A stretch of 52,763 nucleotides of DNA from Ignavibacteriales bacterium (GTDB lineage: Bacteria > Bacteroidota > Ignavibacteria > UBA10030 > UBA6906): NCBI GenBank assembly GCA_037441705.1, contig JBBIRR010000031.1, positions 1 to 52,763 on the forward strand. The letters are read 5' to 3'. Each line of letters opens with the position of its first letter. Position 1 is the first letter of the stretch. A program made the position numbers and the translations under genes. The notes below the pieces were generated by a model that had not been told where the DNA came from, ran no database searches, and saw nothing but the letters and a program-made list of their open reading frames with translations. This document shows positions 28,694 through 38,646 of this stretch, piece by piece.

Positions 28694-29955
28694 TTCCGTC
28701 TCCAGACTCTGTATCGGGCAGATGCGGCAAGCAAGGCAGGGTTTTGTTCAACAGGATCGAACACCACTTCGAATCCGCTGACCTCGTGGTCTGCGGAGAT
28801 GAGGAAGCGGGCACCCGAGGTGGTGATGGGACGAGCGGCGTAGAATTCCACAAGCCGGTTGTGTTCGGCAGGCACGCTGATGCTCTCATCCTCCTGTGCG
28901 TTGGTCCGCAGCCACAGCGCCGCGGATTTCAGCCCTGCCGATGTGGTTGACGCCTCGTCGATCAACGACGTCGTCGCGGGCAGAAGAACGAATTGATTGT
29001 ACGCGAGGAGAAGGGCCGTCAGAAGAACCCCACCCACCTGTGCAAGGCGCGCTTTGCCGAAGCTCATCATGACATGCTGAACAGCAAAGAACGCATAGAC
29101 GACAATCAGAGGAAGCGTGAGCGCAAACATGACGTGATGCGTAAACGAGGCGATCGCAATCCAGAGCAGCGGAGCGGTGTGCAGGCGCAGCAGCTGCCGC
29201 TCGCGCGAAGCCAGCATCGCCACACCGACGAACATGACGCCGACGAGAATAACCATTTCAAAGGAAAGATGTGGCAGAAACGTCGGCACATCGGACCGAC
29301 CCACCTCATCCGGCAGTACCGCGGCGCCGGTGTACAGGGCGTACAGCACCCACGGCAAAAGGACGCTGGCGAACACGAGGAGGATACTGAGCGCGACTTT
29401 CGCCGACCGGCTTTTCTGTACCGAATTGATATAGGCATCCAACAGCAGAACGGGCAGAAGCACAATATTCTGCCACGACACGAGTGTTGCCAGCCCCGCG
29501 ATGATCGAAGCAACGAGGTAATCATTGCGCAGCAGAAAGAACACCGCCGCAAGAGTCAGCAGCAACGCAAAACCCACACCGCTTCCCGACGGCGCAAGCT
29601 GAATGAGCCAGGCTTGCATTGAGAGCACCAGCACGACGCACAGCGCAAGAAGACGATCGCCAACCACCTCGTGTGCGATAAGGTAGGAGAACAACAGGGC
29701 GAAGCAACACGAAACCATGCTGAACACTTTTGCGGCAAGCCACGGGTCGATATTCAGCATCGAAGCAAGTGCAAGAAGCGCCGACCAGACCGATGAGACC
29801 GGCGATGCGTCGAGCGCAACGAGCGTGGCGAACGTGCTCTCGGGGGTGTACTCGAACCGAAGCGCAGCGGTGACGTAAAAGAGAAGGATCAGCGCCGGCA
29901 CCGCAAAGCGCGTCAGCAGAAGGACGACGGGATGTTCATCGGGAGGGCGAGGCAC
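28690..29955 (-). CDS. Polytopic membrane protein, GT-C (ArnT/PMT-like) fold suspected
   Basis: About ten hydrophobic segments and a soluble C-terminal domain starting AALWLR. GTG 29955 start is tentative. Confidence 0.5.
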   Translation of the reverse strand: MPRPPDEHPVVLLLTRFAVPALILLFYVTAALRFEYTPESTFATLVALDASPVSSVWSALLALASMLNIDPWLAAKVFSMVSCCFALLFSYLIAHEVVGDRLLALCVVLVLSMQAWLIQLAPSGSGVGFALLLTLAAVFFLLRNDYLVASIIAGLATLVSWQNIVLLPVLLLDAYINSVQKSRSAKVALSILLVFASVLLPWVLYALYTGAAVLPDEVGRSDVPTFLPHLSFEMVILVGVMFVGVAMLASRERQLLRLHTAPLLWIAIASFTHHVMFALTLPLIVVYAFFAVQHVMMSFGKARLAQVGGVLLTALLLAYNQFVLLPATTSLIDEASTTSAGLKSAALWLRTNAQEDESISVPAEHNRLVEFYAARPITTSGARFLISADHEVSGFEVVFDPVEQNPALLAASARYRVWRRK

Positions 29956-30616
29956 GGCGAAATCCGTTTGTATGAGAAGACAACCAATCGAACATGTCCC
30001 GAACGGAGTGAAACACGACATCGGGCTGTGCGGCAAGCACCCGTGCGCGATCGTACGCATCCCACAGCGCGGCCGCAAAGGACACACCGGCGCTGCGCGA
30101 AGCGCTCGCATCGGCAAGGGAATCGCCCACCATCAGGACTTCCTCAGGCCTCGCCCCGCAGTGGCGGATGATCCGTTCGATTCCTTCGGGCGCAGGCTTA
30201 TGCTGCACAACATCGTTTCCCGTCACCACAATATCGAAGAAGTGCATCAGGTTGAATGCCTCGAGGGTAATGCGTGTTGTGCGGTGTCCCTTGCCGGTGA
30301 AGAGCGCAACGGAGATGCCTCGCTCCTGCAGTAACGCGAGAACATCAGTGACTCCTTCATGCAGACGCGCCAGCTCTCGATGGTGCGCTCGGTAGAACGC
30401 GCAGAGTTCGTCCATCGCTTCGGCCCCGGTCCGCTCACCCAGGAGATGAATCAACGCCCCTTCTTCCGGAGGCCCGAACAATGCGATGATCTCCTCTTCG
30501 CGAAACGTCTTGCCAAGAAAGCGCTGCGCTACATGATTGAAGCTTGCGAAAATCAACGGGTTGGTTTGGGTGAGCGTCCCATCCAGATCGAAAACCACGC
30601 AGGAAACATGAACCAC
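29936..30616 (-). CDS. HAD-family phosphatase (PpaX/Gph-like)
   Basis: FDLDGTL, FTGK, KPAPEG, MVGDS..D motifs. Start placed at GTG 30616; the longer ORF extension is antisense to rlmI. Confidence 0.9.
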   Translation of the reverse strand: MVHVSCVVFDLDGTLTQTNPLIFASFNHVAQRFLGKTFREEEIIALFGPPEEGALIHLLGERTGAEAMDELCAFYRAHHRELARLHEGVTDVLALLQERGISVALFTGKGHRTTRITLEAFNLMHFFDIVVTGNDVVQHKPAPEGIERIIRHCGARPEEVLMVGDSLADASASRSAGVSFAAALWDAYDRARVLAAQPDVVFHSVRDMFDWLSSHTNGFRRASPSR

Positions 30617-30727
30617 TACGGCATCCTTATCACATGTGTAAACCAAAAAAAGATAACCAGAAAGGCCGCGAATATCAACGAACGCCTCCTTGCAATTCGC
30701 GACAGCTCTTAATACCTTGAAGGCGAT

Positions 30728-31897
30728 ATGACGAAGCAAATCATTCTCAAGCGTAAGGAGGATCGGCGCATCCTCGCGGGTCACCCGTGGGTGTTTAGCA
30801 ACGAGATTCGCGAGGTACGAGGCGAGCCGCAAGCGGGAGACGTTGTCGAGCTGCGCACCGCCGGAGGCAAATTGTTGGGCAGCGGATTTTACAATCCGCA
30901 TTCACTCATCGCCGTGCGCCTGCTGTCGAGGCATGGAGAAGAGTGTGACGCCGACTTCTTCACGCAGCGTATTGCGCAGGCCCTTGCCTTGCGTAACGTT
31001 CTGTATCCTCACGCAAACAGCTTTCGCGTTGTGCATGGAGAAAGTGACTTTCTTCCCGGCCTTATCGTCGACAAGTTCAATTCGTACCTCGCGGTTCAAA
31101 CGCTGTCATACGGAATGGACATGCGTCTGGCAATAATCTGTGATGTGTTGGAGTCGCTGCTGCACCCCAAGGGGATCGTCGAGCGGAATGAGTCACACCT
31201 GCGGACGCTGGAAGCGCTGCCGCAGAAGAAAGGATTGCTGCGCGGACGGGTGGAGCCGACCATCATTGAAGATGGCGACGTGCGGTTCGAGGTGAACCTC
31301 CTTGAAGGGCAGAAGACGGGATTCTTTCTTGACCAGCGCGAGAACAGACTTGCTATCCGCCGGCTGTGTAAAGGCGCGGAGGTGTTGGATTGTTTTTGTA
31401 ACGAAGGCGGATTTGCTCTGCATGCCGCACGGGAAGGTGCCCGTTCCGTCCTTGCGTTCGACGCCTCTGCAGAGGCAATTCAGCAGGCAACCGAGAATGC
31501 CGCGTTGAACGACCTCAACAACGTGACGTTCACCCAGGCGGATGTGTTCGATGCGATGAAACGTCTTGCCGCCGACCAGCGGCGCTTCGACGTCGTCATT
31601 CTCGATCCCCCTTCGTTCACCCGATCGAAGAAAAATGTTCCGGCCGCGAAACAGGGATACAAAGAGTTGCACTCCCTGGCATACCGTTTACTGCGACCGG
31701 GTGGGATTCTTGCGACGGCATCCTGCTCGCATCATATCCTTCCCGAGGTGTTTCTTGAGATTGTCGAGACGACGGCCAGGAAGCAAGGAAAGGACGTGCA
31801 GTTACTGGATTGGCGGAGTGCTGCACCCGATCATCCCATTCTTCCGGCTGTTCCGGAAACTCGCTATCTGAAGTTCGGCATCTTCCGAGTGGTGTGA
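30728..31897 (+). CDS. rlmI: 23S rRNA m5C methyltransferase, RlmI family
   Basis: PUA domain GHPWVFSNE, GQKTGFFLDQR, LDPPSF, SCS, DHP. Confidence 0.88.
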   Translation: MTKQIILKRKEDRRILAGHPWVFSNEIREVRGEPQAGDVVELRTAGGKLLGSGFYNPHSLIAVRLLSRHGEECDADFFTQRIAQALALRNVLYPHANSFRVVHGESDFLPGLIVDKFNSYLAVQTLSYGMDMRLAIICDVLESLLHPKGIVERNESHLRTLEALPQKKGLLRGRVEPTIIEDGDVRFEVNLLEGQKTGFFLDQRENRLAIRRLCKGAEVLDCFCNEGGFALHAAREGARSVLAFDASAEAIQQATENAALNDLNNVTFTQADVFDAMKRLAADQRRFDVVILDPPSFTRSKKNVPAAKQGYKELHSLAYRLLRPGGILATASCSHHILPEVFLEIVETTARKQGKDVQLLDWRSAAPDHPILPAVPETRYLKFGIFRVV

Positions 31898-31970
31898 TTG
31901 CTTCTCAAGACCAAAGAGCCTATCTTGCAGACGAGAGACCGGGAGAGAACAACAACATGAGGAGGATTTC

Positions 31971-32744
31971 ATGAGAACAACAACGCGAGTCGCATGGATG
32001 GTTGTGGGGCTGCTTCTCCCGGTGCTTGCTCTCCCGCAAGAAGCGGATCTCACTCACCGACCACTCTCAACCGCCGCTGTGCGTGTGCCGGCCGATACCA
32101 TGGCGATGGATTCTTCGATCGAAGAACAGGAATTCCGCAACGCATGGGGATTGGACGTGCTTGTCTCCAACGACGGGTTCGGTCTGGGCACATTCTATCG
32201 GAGAGAATTCTCACAAGATCTTTTCGGCTTCGTGATGTTTTCGATTTCGGAAGCGAAGGATGAACGAGAGTTCGAGCAGTTCGACCCGTACTTCTATGGC
32301 GTGTCCTACGTACCGGGCAAGCTGCAGCGGTTCCTCGTGATGCCGCTGTCGTTCGGTCTGCAGTATCGGTTGTTCCGTGAAGACATCACGGATAACTTTA
32401 GACCCTTCATCAACGCAGGAGTCGGGCCGACGCTGATCTTTGCCGCGCCGTTTGTCGAGTTGTCCCGATCGCCTGCGGGAACGATCACGCCGACACAGAT
32501 TGAGTTCTTCAAGAGTCTCGGCAGAGGCCAACCGCATTACACCGCAACTGCTTTTGTCGGTGTCGGGGCAAACTTCGGCACGGAGAAGGCAAACGTTCTC
32601 GGCGTCAATTTCCGATATTACTTCACGTTTCTGTTCGGTGATGGGTTGCCGTCGCTTTACAATCTCAGGACAGGGGAGGTCGCGGCCAGAAAGAAGGATT
32701 TCGGCGGGTTCTTCATTACGTTGAATGTAGGGATGGCCTATTAA
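31971..32744 (+). CDS. Probable outer-membrane beta-barrel protein of unknown function
   Basis: Signal peptide, alternating amphipathic strands (FRPFINAGVGPT, VGVGANFG, VNFRYYF), C-terminal aromatic residue (LNVGMAY); GAGGAGG RBS. Confidence 0.65.
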   Translation: MRTTTRVAWMVVGLLLPVLALPQEADLTHRPLSTAAVRVPADTMAMDSSIEEQEFRNAWGLDVLVSNDGFGLGTFYRREFSQDLFGFVMFSISEAKDEREFEQFDPYFYGVSYVPGKLQRFLVMPLSFGLQYRLFREDITDNFRPFINAGVGPTLIFAAPFVELSRSPAGTITPTQIEFFKSLGRGQPHYTATAFVGVGANFGTEKANVLGVNFRYYFTFLFGDGLPSLYNLRTGEVAARKKDFGGFFITLNVGMAY

Positions 32745-32864
32745 ATTGCGAAAGGCACCGGCACGTTCTAGGATCTCCCCTAAATCCGTCGAACTACCGA
32801 TGCCCTTCAACAACTGGTGCGGGTACAATCTACCATAGTCCCCTTCCTCTTGTTGTGATTTCCA

Positions 32865-35681
32865 TCACCAGGCTGCACTTTCCGGCCGGAGATACGGCAG
32901 CAGGAACCGACCCGTGTGTGATTCGGCGATGGTGCAGAGCTCTTCCGGCGTGCCCGCGCCGACAATCCATCCGCCCTCATCGCCTGCCTCGGGGCCCAGA
33001 TCGATCACATAGTCTGCGCATTTGATGACATCGAGATTGTGTTCGATGATGAGCACCGAGTGTCCGGCGTCGATCAAGGCATTGAAGCAGTTCATAAGCT
33101 TTGCAATATCATCGAAATGCAGCCCGGTGGTCGGCTCGTCGAAAATGAAGAGCGTGTGTTCGCCGCGCTGCGGGAGGCTGAGATGCGCCGCCAACTTGAT
33201 GCGCTGCGCCTCGCCGCCGGAAAGTGACGTGGCGGCCTGGCCGAGCCGAATGTACCCCAGCCCCACATCTTCGAGCACTTTCAGGCGTTCGGCCGTTTTC
33301 CGCCCATGAGCATCCGCCCCGAAAAAGCTGATCGCCTCGGCCACCGTCATCCCGAGAACGTCGTTGATGTTCTTGCCCCGATACTCGACCTCGAGAATTT
33401 CCTTCTTGTAGCGCATCCCCTTACACACATCACACTGCAAATACAGGTCCGCGAGGAACTGCATCTCCACTTTCACAACCCCGTCCCCCTCACATGCGTC
33501 ACAGCGTCCGCCGGGAACGTTAAACGAGAAATGGCCGGGTGTGAAGCCGTGCACTTTTGCCGCCTGTGTGCTTGCGAACAGTGTTCTGATCTGATCGAAG
33601 ACTTGAATGTAGGTGATAGGGTTGGAACGCGGCGTTCGACCGATCGGAGACTGATCCACTAACTCAACGGCGCTGATCTGCTCGGCTCCGTGGATGGCAG
33701 TATACGCGCCCGCCTTTTCCACCGGTTCACCTTTGAGCCGCTTCAGACCGGCATACAGAACATCGTGCACAAGTGTACTCTTTCCGCTGCCGCTCACGCC
33801 GGTCACGCAGACGAGCATATGCAACGGGATCTGGACATTGATATTCTTCAGATTGTGCTCGCGTGCCCCCACGATGGTAATGGCCGCCCCGTTCGATGTG
33901 CGGCGAATGCGGGGAACGGGAATCGTGAGCTTGCCGCTGAGATATTTTCCCGTGAGGGAGGAGGTCTCCTTCACAATGTCGTGCGCGGGGCCGTTGTAGA
34001 CGACCTCGCCGCCTTTCTCACCGGCACGCGGTCCCATGTCAACGATCACGTCGCTGGCGCGCATCATGTCCCGATCGTGTTCCACAACGATCACCGTATT
34101 TCCCACGTCGCGCAGCGCTTTGAGAATGCCGATAAGCTTCCCGTTATCGCGGGGATGAAGCCCGATGCTCGGCTCATCGAGGACGTACAGCGCACCGACC
34201 AGCGATGAACCGAGCGCGGTCGCAAGGTTGATGCGCTGCGATTCCCCGCCCGAAAGTGTGTTCGAAAGTCTATCCAGGGTCAGATACCCGATGCCGACAT
34301 CATCCAGATACGCGAGGCGCCGTTTCAGTTCGTCAAGGATTCTGCGAGCTATCTCTTGATCAGCGGGTGGTAAAATGAGGTGTTCGAAGAAGGCACGCGC
34401 GTCTCTGATGGTCATGCTCACGACATCGGCGATTCTCTTGTCTGCGATTCTGACGTTCAGGGCTTCCTTCCTCAACCGCGAGCCGCCGCATACAGGGCAC
34501 GTCGTGTAGCCGCGATACCGGCTCAGCAGCACGCGATAGTAGATCTTGTACGATTTCTTTTCGAGCATCTTGAAGAAGCCATTGATGCCGTCGAACTCAC
34601 CGAAGCCGTCCATGACGATGTCCAATTCCCTGTCACTGAGTTCGTCAAAGGGAACATCGACACGCAGATCGGCCTTCCGAGCAACAGCGAGCATCGAGCG
34701 GTAATTCGGCCGGAACTTCGGCGTCGTCCAGGGTTGAATCGCATCGTCGCGCAGCGACTTACTCTTGTCCGGCACAACCAAGTCCATGTCAATCCCCATG
34801 GCTCTGCCGAAACCCTGACATTCGGGACACGCGCCAACGGGATTGTTGAACGAGAACATCCGCGGGTCGGGTTCTTCATACTTGATGTGACAGTGTGCGC
34901 ACTCGAAATTCTGGTTGAACTTCAGCGACTTGCCGGAGTCCAGTAAGAGAATCTCCGCCTCTCCGTTGCCGGAGGCAAAGGCCGTCTCGACCGAATCGGC
35001 GAGGCGAGCGTTCTCTTCGCCGTGGCGATAGACAAGACGATCAACCAACACACGCACATCGGATGCTTTGGTTCGCGGCGGGAGTTCTTGTTCATTCACA
35101 TCCACCATCTCCTGCCCCAGAACGACCCGAAAGAAACCTTCTTTCTTCAGATTCGCAATCGCTTCCGCAAGTGTTTCGCCTTCATGCAGGGGAAGGGGGA
35201 AAAGCACGTAGAGTTTGAGCGCCGCACCTGCATCCGATTCACCAGCTTCGGCCGCAAGAGCAGCCAGCACGGTACGCACAGAATCACGGGTGACCGGACG
35301 GCCGCACGACCAGCAGTAGGTCTTTCCGACGCGAGCAAACAGGACACGCAGGTAGTCATAGATTTCGGTCGTCGTCCCGACGGTCGACCGAGGGTTCCGC
35401 GTATTGGTCTTTTGTTCAATGGCCATGGCGGGACTGATGCCCTGAATGAAATCAACATCGGGCTTGTCCATGCGTTCGAGGAACTGGCGCGCGTAGGAGG
35501 AAAGACTTTCGACGTACCGCCGCTGACCCTCGGCGTAAATCGTGTCAAACGCCAGGCTCGACTTGCCCGAGCCGCTGACGCCGGTGACCACGATGAGTTT
35601 GTTTCGCGGTAGTTCGAGACTGATGTTTTTGAGATTGTGAACCCGCGCGCCCCGGATGATGATTCGATCCCTGGCATGCAT
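32865..35681 (-). CDS. uvrA: Excinuclease ABC subunit A
   Basis: Two ABC modules (GVSGSGKSS/GKST, LSGGE twice, DEP) and zinc-binding CxxC pairs. Start may be 35681 or 35729. Confidence 0.96.
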   Translation of the reverse strand: MHARDRIIIRGARVHNLKNISLELPRNKLIVVTGVSGSGKSSLAFDTIYAEGQRRYVESLSSYARQFLERMDKPDVDFIQGISPAMAIEQKTNTRNPRSTVGTTTEIYDYLRVLFARVGKTYCWSCGRPVTRDSVRTVLAALAAEAGESDAGAALKLYVLFPLPLHEGETLAEAIANLKKEGFFRVVLGQEMVDVNEQELPPRTKASDVRVLVDRLVYRHGEENARLADSVETAFASGNGEAEILLLDSGKSLKFNQNFECAHCHIKYEEPDPRMFSFNNPVGACPECQGFGRAMGIDMDLVVPDKSKSLRDDAIQPWTTPKFRPNYRSMLAVARKADLRVDVPFDELSDRELDIVMDGFGEFDGINGFFKMLEKKSYKIYYRVLLSRYRGYTTCPVCGGSRLRKEALNVRIADKRIADVVSMTIRDARAFFEHLILPPADQEIARRILDELKRRLAYLDDVGIGYLTLDRLSNTLSGGESQRINLATALGSSLVGALYVLDEPSIGLHPRDNGKLIGILKALRDVGNTVIVVEHDRDMMRASDVIVDMGPRAGEKGGEVVYNGPAHDIVKETSSLTGKYLSGKLTIPVPRIRRTSNGAAITIVGAREHNLKNINVQIPLHMLVCVTGVSGSGKSTLVHDVLYAGLKRLKGEPVEKAGAYTAIHGAEQISAVELVDQSPIGRTPRSNPITYIQVFDQIRTLFASTQAAKVHGFTPGHFSFNVPGGRCDACEGDGVVKVEMQFLADLYLQCDVCKGMRYKKEILEVEYRGKNINDVLGMTVAEAISFFGADAHGRKTAERLKVLEDVGLGYIRLGQAATSLSGGEAQRIKLAAHLSLPQRGEHTLFIFDEPTTGLHFDDIAKLMNCFNALIDAGHSVLIIEHNLDVIKCADYVIDLGPEAGDEGGWIVGAGTPEELCTIAESHTGRFLLPYLRPESAAW

Positions 35682-35883
35682 CGGTTGTTGAGAGAGCGTG
35701 ATCGCCGCTCCTGAGACTCGCTTAGGCATGAATGTATAGACCGATAGTGTGCATCGTTGCAGCTACTAAGCTAACGCTATCGAGAAGGAAAATCAAATGT
35801 GCGACGCTTTCCTCTCAGATCAGACTCTGTGCCTGTGAGCGGGAGTCGTTCAACGTCAGGCAGCGTGCTTTCGGTAGGGCCAC

Positions 35884-35921
35884 AAAACCAAAGCCTCCAC
35901 TCTGTGGCGGAGGCTTTGGTT
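35884..35921 (-). terminator. Intrinsic terminator closing the type IV filament operon
   Basis: 13-bp stem AACCAAAGCCTCC/GGAGGCTTTGGTT running into a T tract on the minus strand, just after the stop at 35939. Confidence 0.8.
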
Positions 35922-35938
35922 GATCGGCGTTAGTTTGG

Positions 35939-37393
35939 TCAGTTGCACATTCCGTTGATGGTCACGTACGCGTTGCCGTTCGGTCCTTCGACCGAGATCG
36001 AAACGCTGACAGGGCTGGGCAGCACATTCGGGTTGGGAGTACCATCGCTCAAACGGAAACCGAATTGGGTCGAGCCTGCACCAGGCAGGATGACATCCTC
36101 CAGCACGATCGACCCATTGCGTCCGAAAGCAAGCTGTACCTGATTCACCTGCGAATTCGGGTCGGGCGGCGGTGGAACGGTCACCGCAACACTGATACTC
36201 GTACCGGCAGCAAGCGGATGACCGAGATAGTCGGACACCGTGAACGTAAAGTCTTGATACCCGGCATTGGGAATGTTGAAGCTGGACGGACTGAGATCTG
36301 AGATCTGCGAACGTCCGCTCCACAAAATCAAAATGCTGTCCTGTATCGAAACGCCGCCCTCGCCGATCGTGCGCGCAACGACGTAGTGGTAGCCATCTCC
36401 CTGCGCCGCGGCGTACTGACCGAACGGCGCCGGGTTGCCGCTGATCAGATCGGCCGTTCCCTGTCCGTCGCTGTTGGTAAAGACAGAAGGTTGAATGACC
36501 CCTGCGCTGCTGCTGAGGTAGACCGCCGTCCCCTGCACGACGGGGTTCGAGTAACGATCACCCACAATCACGGACATTCTGTTTCGATTTCCTGCAATGC
36601 CGAGTGTGGGGAAGTTCCGCTTCTGCGCGGCGATGGTGAAGTGTGCCTGGTCGGGGAAGCCGGCATTGATCACCACACGCACGGGCGCGGATGTAATCGT
36701 GCGGGTACCGACGGTTGCGCTGGCAAGGACCTGCACGACGCCCGAACGCGTTCCGCTGTTAAAGGCGATAAAAGCTCTGCCGACGCCATTGGTTGTCAAG
36801 ACGGTCGGTGAGATGTACTCGCCCCCATTCGGCCCACCTTGCAGCGAGAACGTGATCTGCACGGCATGCGCTGCGTCGATAGGGAGGCCGAGCGAGTCGC
36901 GCGCCTCGAAGCCTAACACCGCCGTTTCCTGCCCGCCCACGCCGTAGACCGACACCTGCGTGGGGTTGGCGCCGAGAAAGGCGATGGTCTGCGCAAGCCC
37001 GCTGCTGCTGCCACCCGACCCGACAACCTGTGATTTTGCCGTGAGGTCGATGTCCTTCAGCACTGCTTCGTTCGGCGTGACGGTCACAAGAATGTCAAGC
37101 GTATCGCGATAACCCGTGTAGTTGCGAATGGAGATTTTTGCCGTCATGGCGCTGTCGAGATCGAACCGCAGTTCGTAGCGCCCCTGTGCGTCCGTGGTTG
37201 CCGAGGCCGTGACGGATGTTCCGGCGCGCCCTTCCACCACAACGCCTGCCAGCGGCGTGCGGTTGCTTGCATCCTTCACAAATCCGCTGACAACGCCAAC
37301 GCCCGCGCTCGGGCCCGTATCCTCATTACTGCACGCGTAGAACGTCAGACCGATGACACAGATGACGCCGAACATCAGAACAAACGTCTTCAT
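35939..37393 (-). CDS. Lipoprotein with carboxypeptidase-regulatory-like and invasin/Big_1-type Ig domains
   Basis: Lipobox TFYAC; VSGFVKDA...ATTDAQGRY; RDSLGLPI...TTNGVGRA; DRYSNPV..GTAV...TNSDGQG. Lies 2 nt after the secretin stop. Confidence 0.7.
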   Translation of the reverse strand: MKTFVLMFGVICVIGLTFYACSNEDTGPSAGVGVVSGFVKDASNRTPLAGVVVEGRAGTSVTASATTDAQGRYELRFDLDSAMTAKISIRNYTGYRDTLDILVTVTPNEAVLKDIDLTAKSQVVGSGGSSSGLAQTIAFLGANPTQVSVYGVGGQETAVLGFEARDSLGLPIDAAHAVQITFSLQGGPNGGEYISPTVLTTNGVGRAFIAFNSGTRSGVVQVLASATVGTRTITSAPVRVVINAGFPDQAHFTIAAQKRNFPTLGIAGNRNRMSVIVGDRYSNPVVQGTAVYLSSSAGVIQPSVFTNSDGQGTADLISGNPAPFGQYAAAQGDGYHYVVARTIGEGGVSIQDSILILWSGRSQISDLSPSSFNIPNAGYQDFTFTVSDYLGHPLAAGTSISVAVTVPPPPDPNSQVNQVQLAFGRNGSIVLEDVILPGAGSTQFGFRLSDGTPNPNVLPSPVSVSISVEGPNGNAYVTINGMCN

Positions 37394-37395
37394 GG

Positions 37396-38631
37396 TCAGT
37401 TACCCTCCTTCTTGCCGGTGATGCGTTCCGATTCGCGTTCCATTCCTTCTTTCCAGCGCTGATACATACCCTCCCCCCGAACTTTTTGTGCTACCCGTTC
37501 CTGCAACGCGGGCACAAGCTCCGCTTTCAACAGAATGATGAGTTCCTTCTTTCTGACCTCTTCTTTGTTGTATCCGAACAGGTACCGCAGCCCGAAAACA
37601 TACCAGGGGAGATCTTTCAGGAACGGAATCCCGGCTCGCACTTCCTGTACCTCGTTGTTATACAGGCCTCCGATAATGGTCTCCTCGCCATCAAGCAACA
37701 GCACGTTCGTGTTCGCTCGTGTCTTGTTGATGATTGTACTGCCCTGACTTGGTACGAGCGAGCTTCGTTCGACATCCACCTTCATATGAACAAAATCGAC
37801 ACCCTGTTCCGAAATGACCTGCGGTGTGACATCGATGATGGTTCCCGTGCTGTAGAAGCGATCGATGAGATTGCCCGCAAAGTCCCGCTCCTTGATCGAG
37901 AAGTCCTGGCCGACCTGAATTCTTCCCTTCTCACCTGAACGGACAACGAGTTGTGGACCCGAAAGAATCTCACCGAGGTCGTAACTCGAAAACAGCCGGG
38001 CAACCGCACTGAGGTTGGCGAAGCTGATTTTCGGCGTGGCTTCGAGCCGGAAAATGTCGCTGGTGACCCTGTCTGCGCCGTTGAACTCCGAGTTGATCGA
38101 GACATCTTTGTTGCTTTTCATGAATGTCCAGTTGATGCCGGCTTCCTGCAGTTTGTTCAACGATACCTCGAAGAACACCGCGCTGATTTTGATTTCCCGA
38201 CTCTTGATGCTGGCGACTTCTTTCTGAATCTCGGCGCTGACCGGCGCGCCTCCTGCCATTTCCCGCCCCTTCTCGTTCTGACCATTGAGCGAGATGATCT
38301 GGAAGTACTCCGGGTACTCTTCATACCACAGATTCAACTTCCGACAGATCGTCTCGAGCGCAACGCGCCACTGCATGCCCGAAATGTCGACGCCGATGGG
38401 AAGCGTGCGCCGTTCGGGATCAATCACGATCTTGCCGACGAATTTCTTGCTCACTTCGCTGATGGCGGCAAGCGCGCGATCCAGCGTCGCTGTGGGGGCA
38501 ATCGACACCAGCTCATCCGGTGAGGTGTATTCCTTCAAGGCGCGGCGCTCGGCCGGGTTTACTTGTGCCGCGAGCGGCAGCACGCTCATCAGAGTCAGCG
38601 CACCGGCACATAGGATGTTCGTTGGTTTCAT
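37396..38631 (-). CDS. Secretin (PilQ/GspD family), compact
   Basis: Signal peptide, N0-like domain (W..ALE.I), secretin domain (IKISAVFFEV, GRIQVGQD, VTPQV, DGEETIIGGL, GIPFLKDLP, ELIILL). Confidence 0.9.
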   Translation of the reverse strand: MKPTNILCAGALTLMSVLPLAAQVNPAERRALKEYTSPDELVSIAPTATLDRALAAISEVSKKFVGKIVIDPERRTLPIGVDISGMQWRVALETICRKLNLWYEEYPEYFQIISLNGQNEKGREMAGGAPVSAEIQKEVASIKSREIKISAVFFEVSLNKLQEAGINWTFMKSNKDVSINSEFNGADRVTSDIFRLEATPKISFANLSAVARLFSSYDLGEILSGPQLVVRSGEKGRIQVGQDFSIKERDFAGNLIDRFYSTGTIIDVTPQVISEQGVDFVHMKVDVERSSLVPSQGSTIINKTRANTNVLLLDGEETIIGGLYNNEVQEVRAGIPFLKDLPWYVFGLRYLFGYNKEEVRKKELIILLKAELVPALQERVAQKVRGEGMYQRWKEGMERESERITGKKEGN

Positions 38632-38646
38632 TCTCCCCTCTATGGC

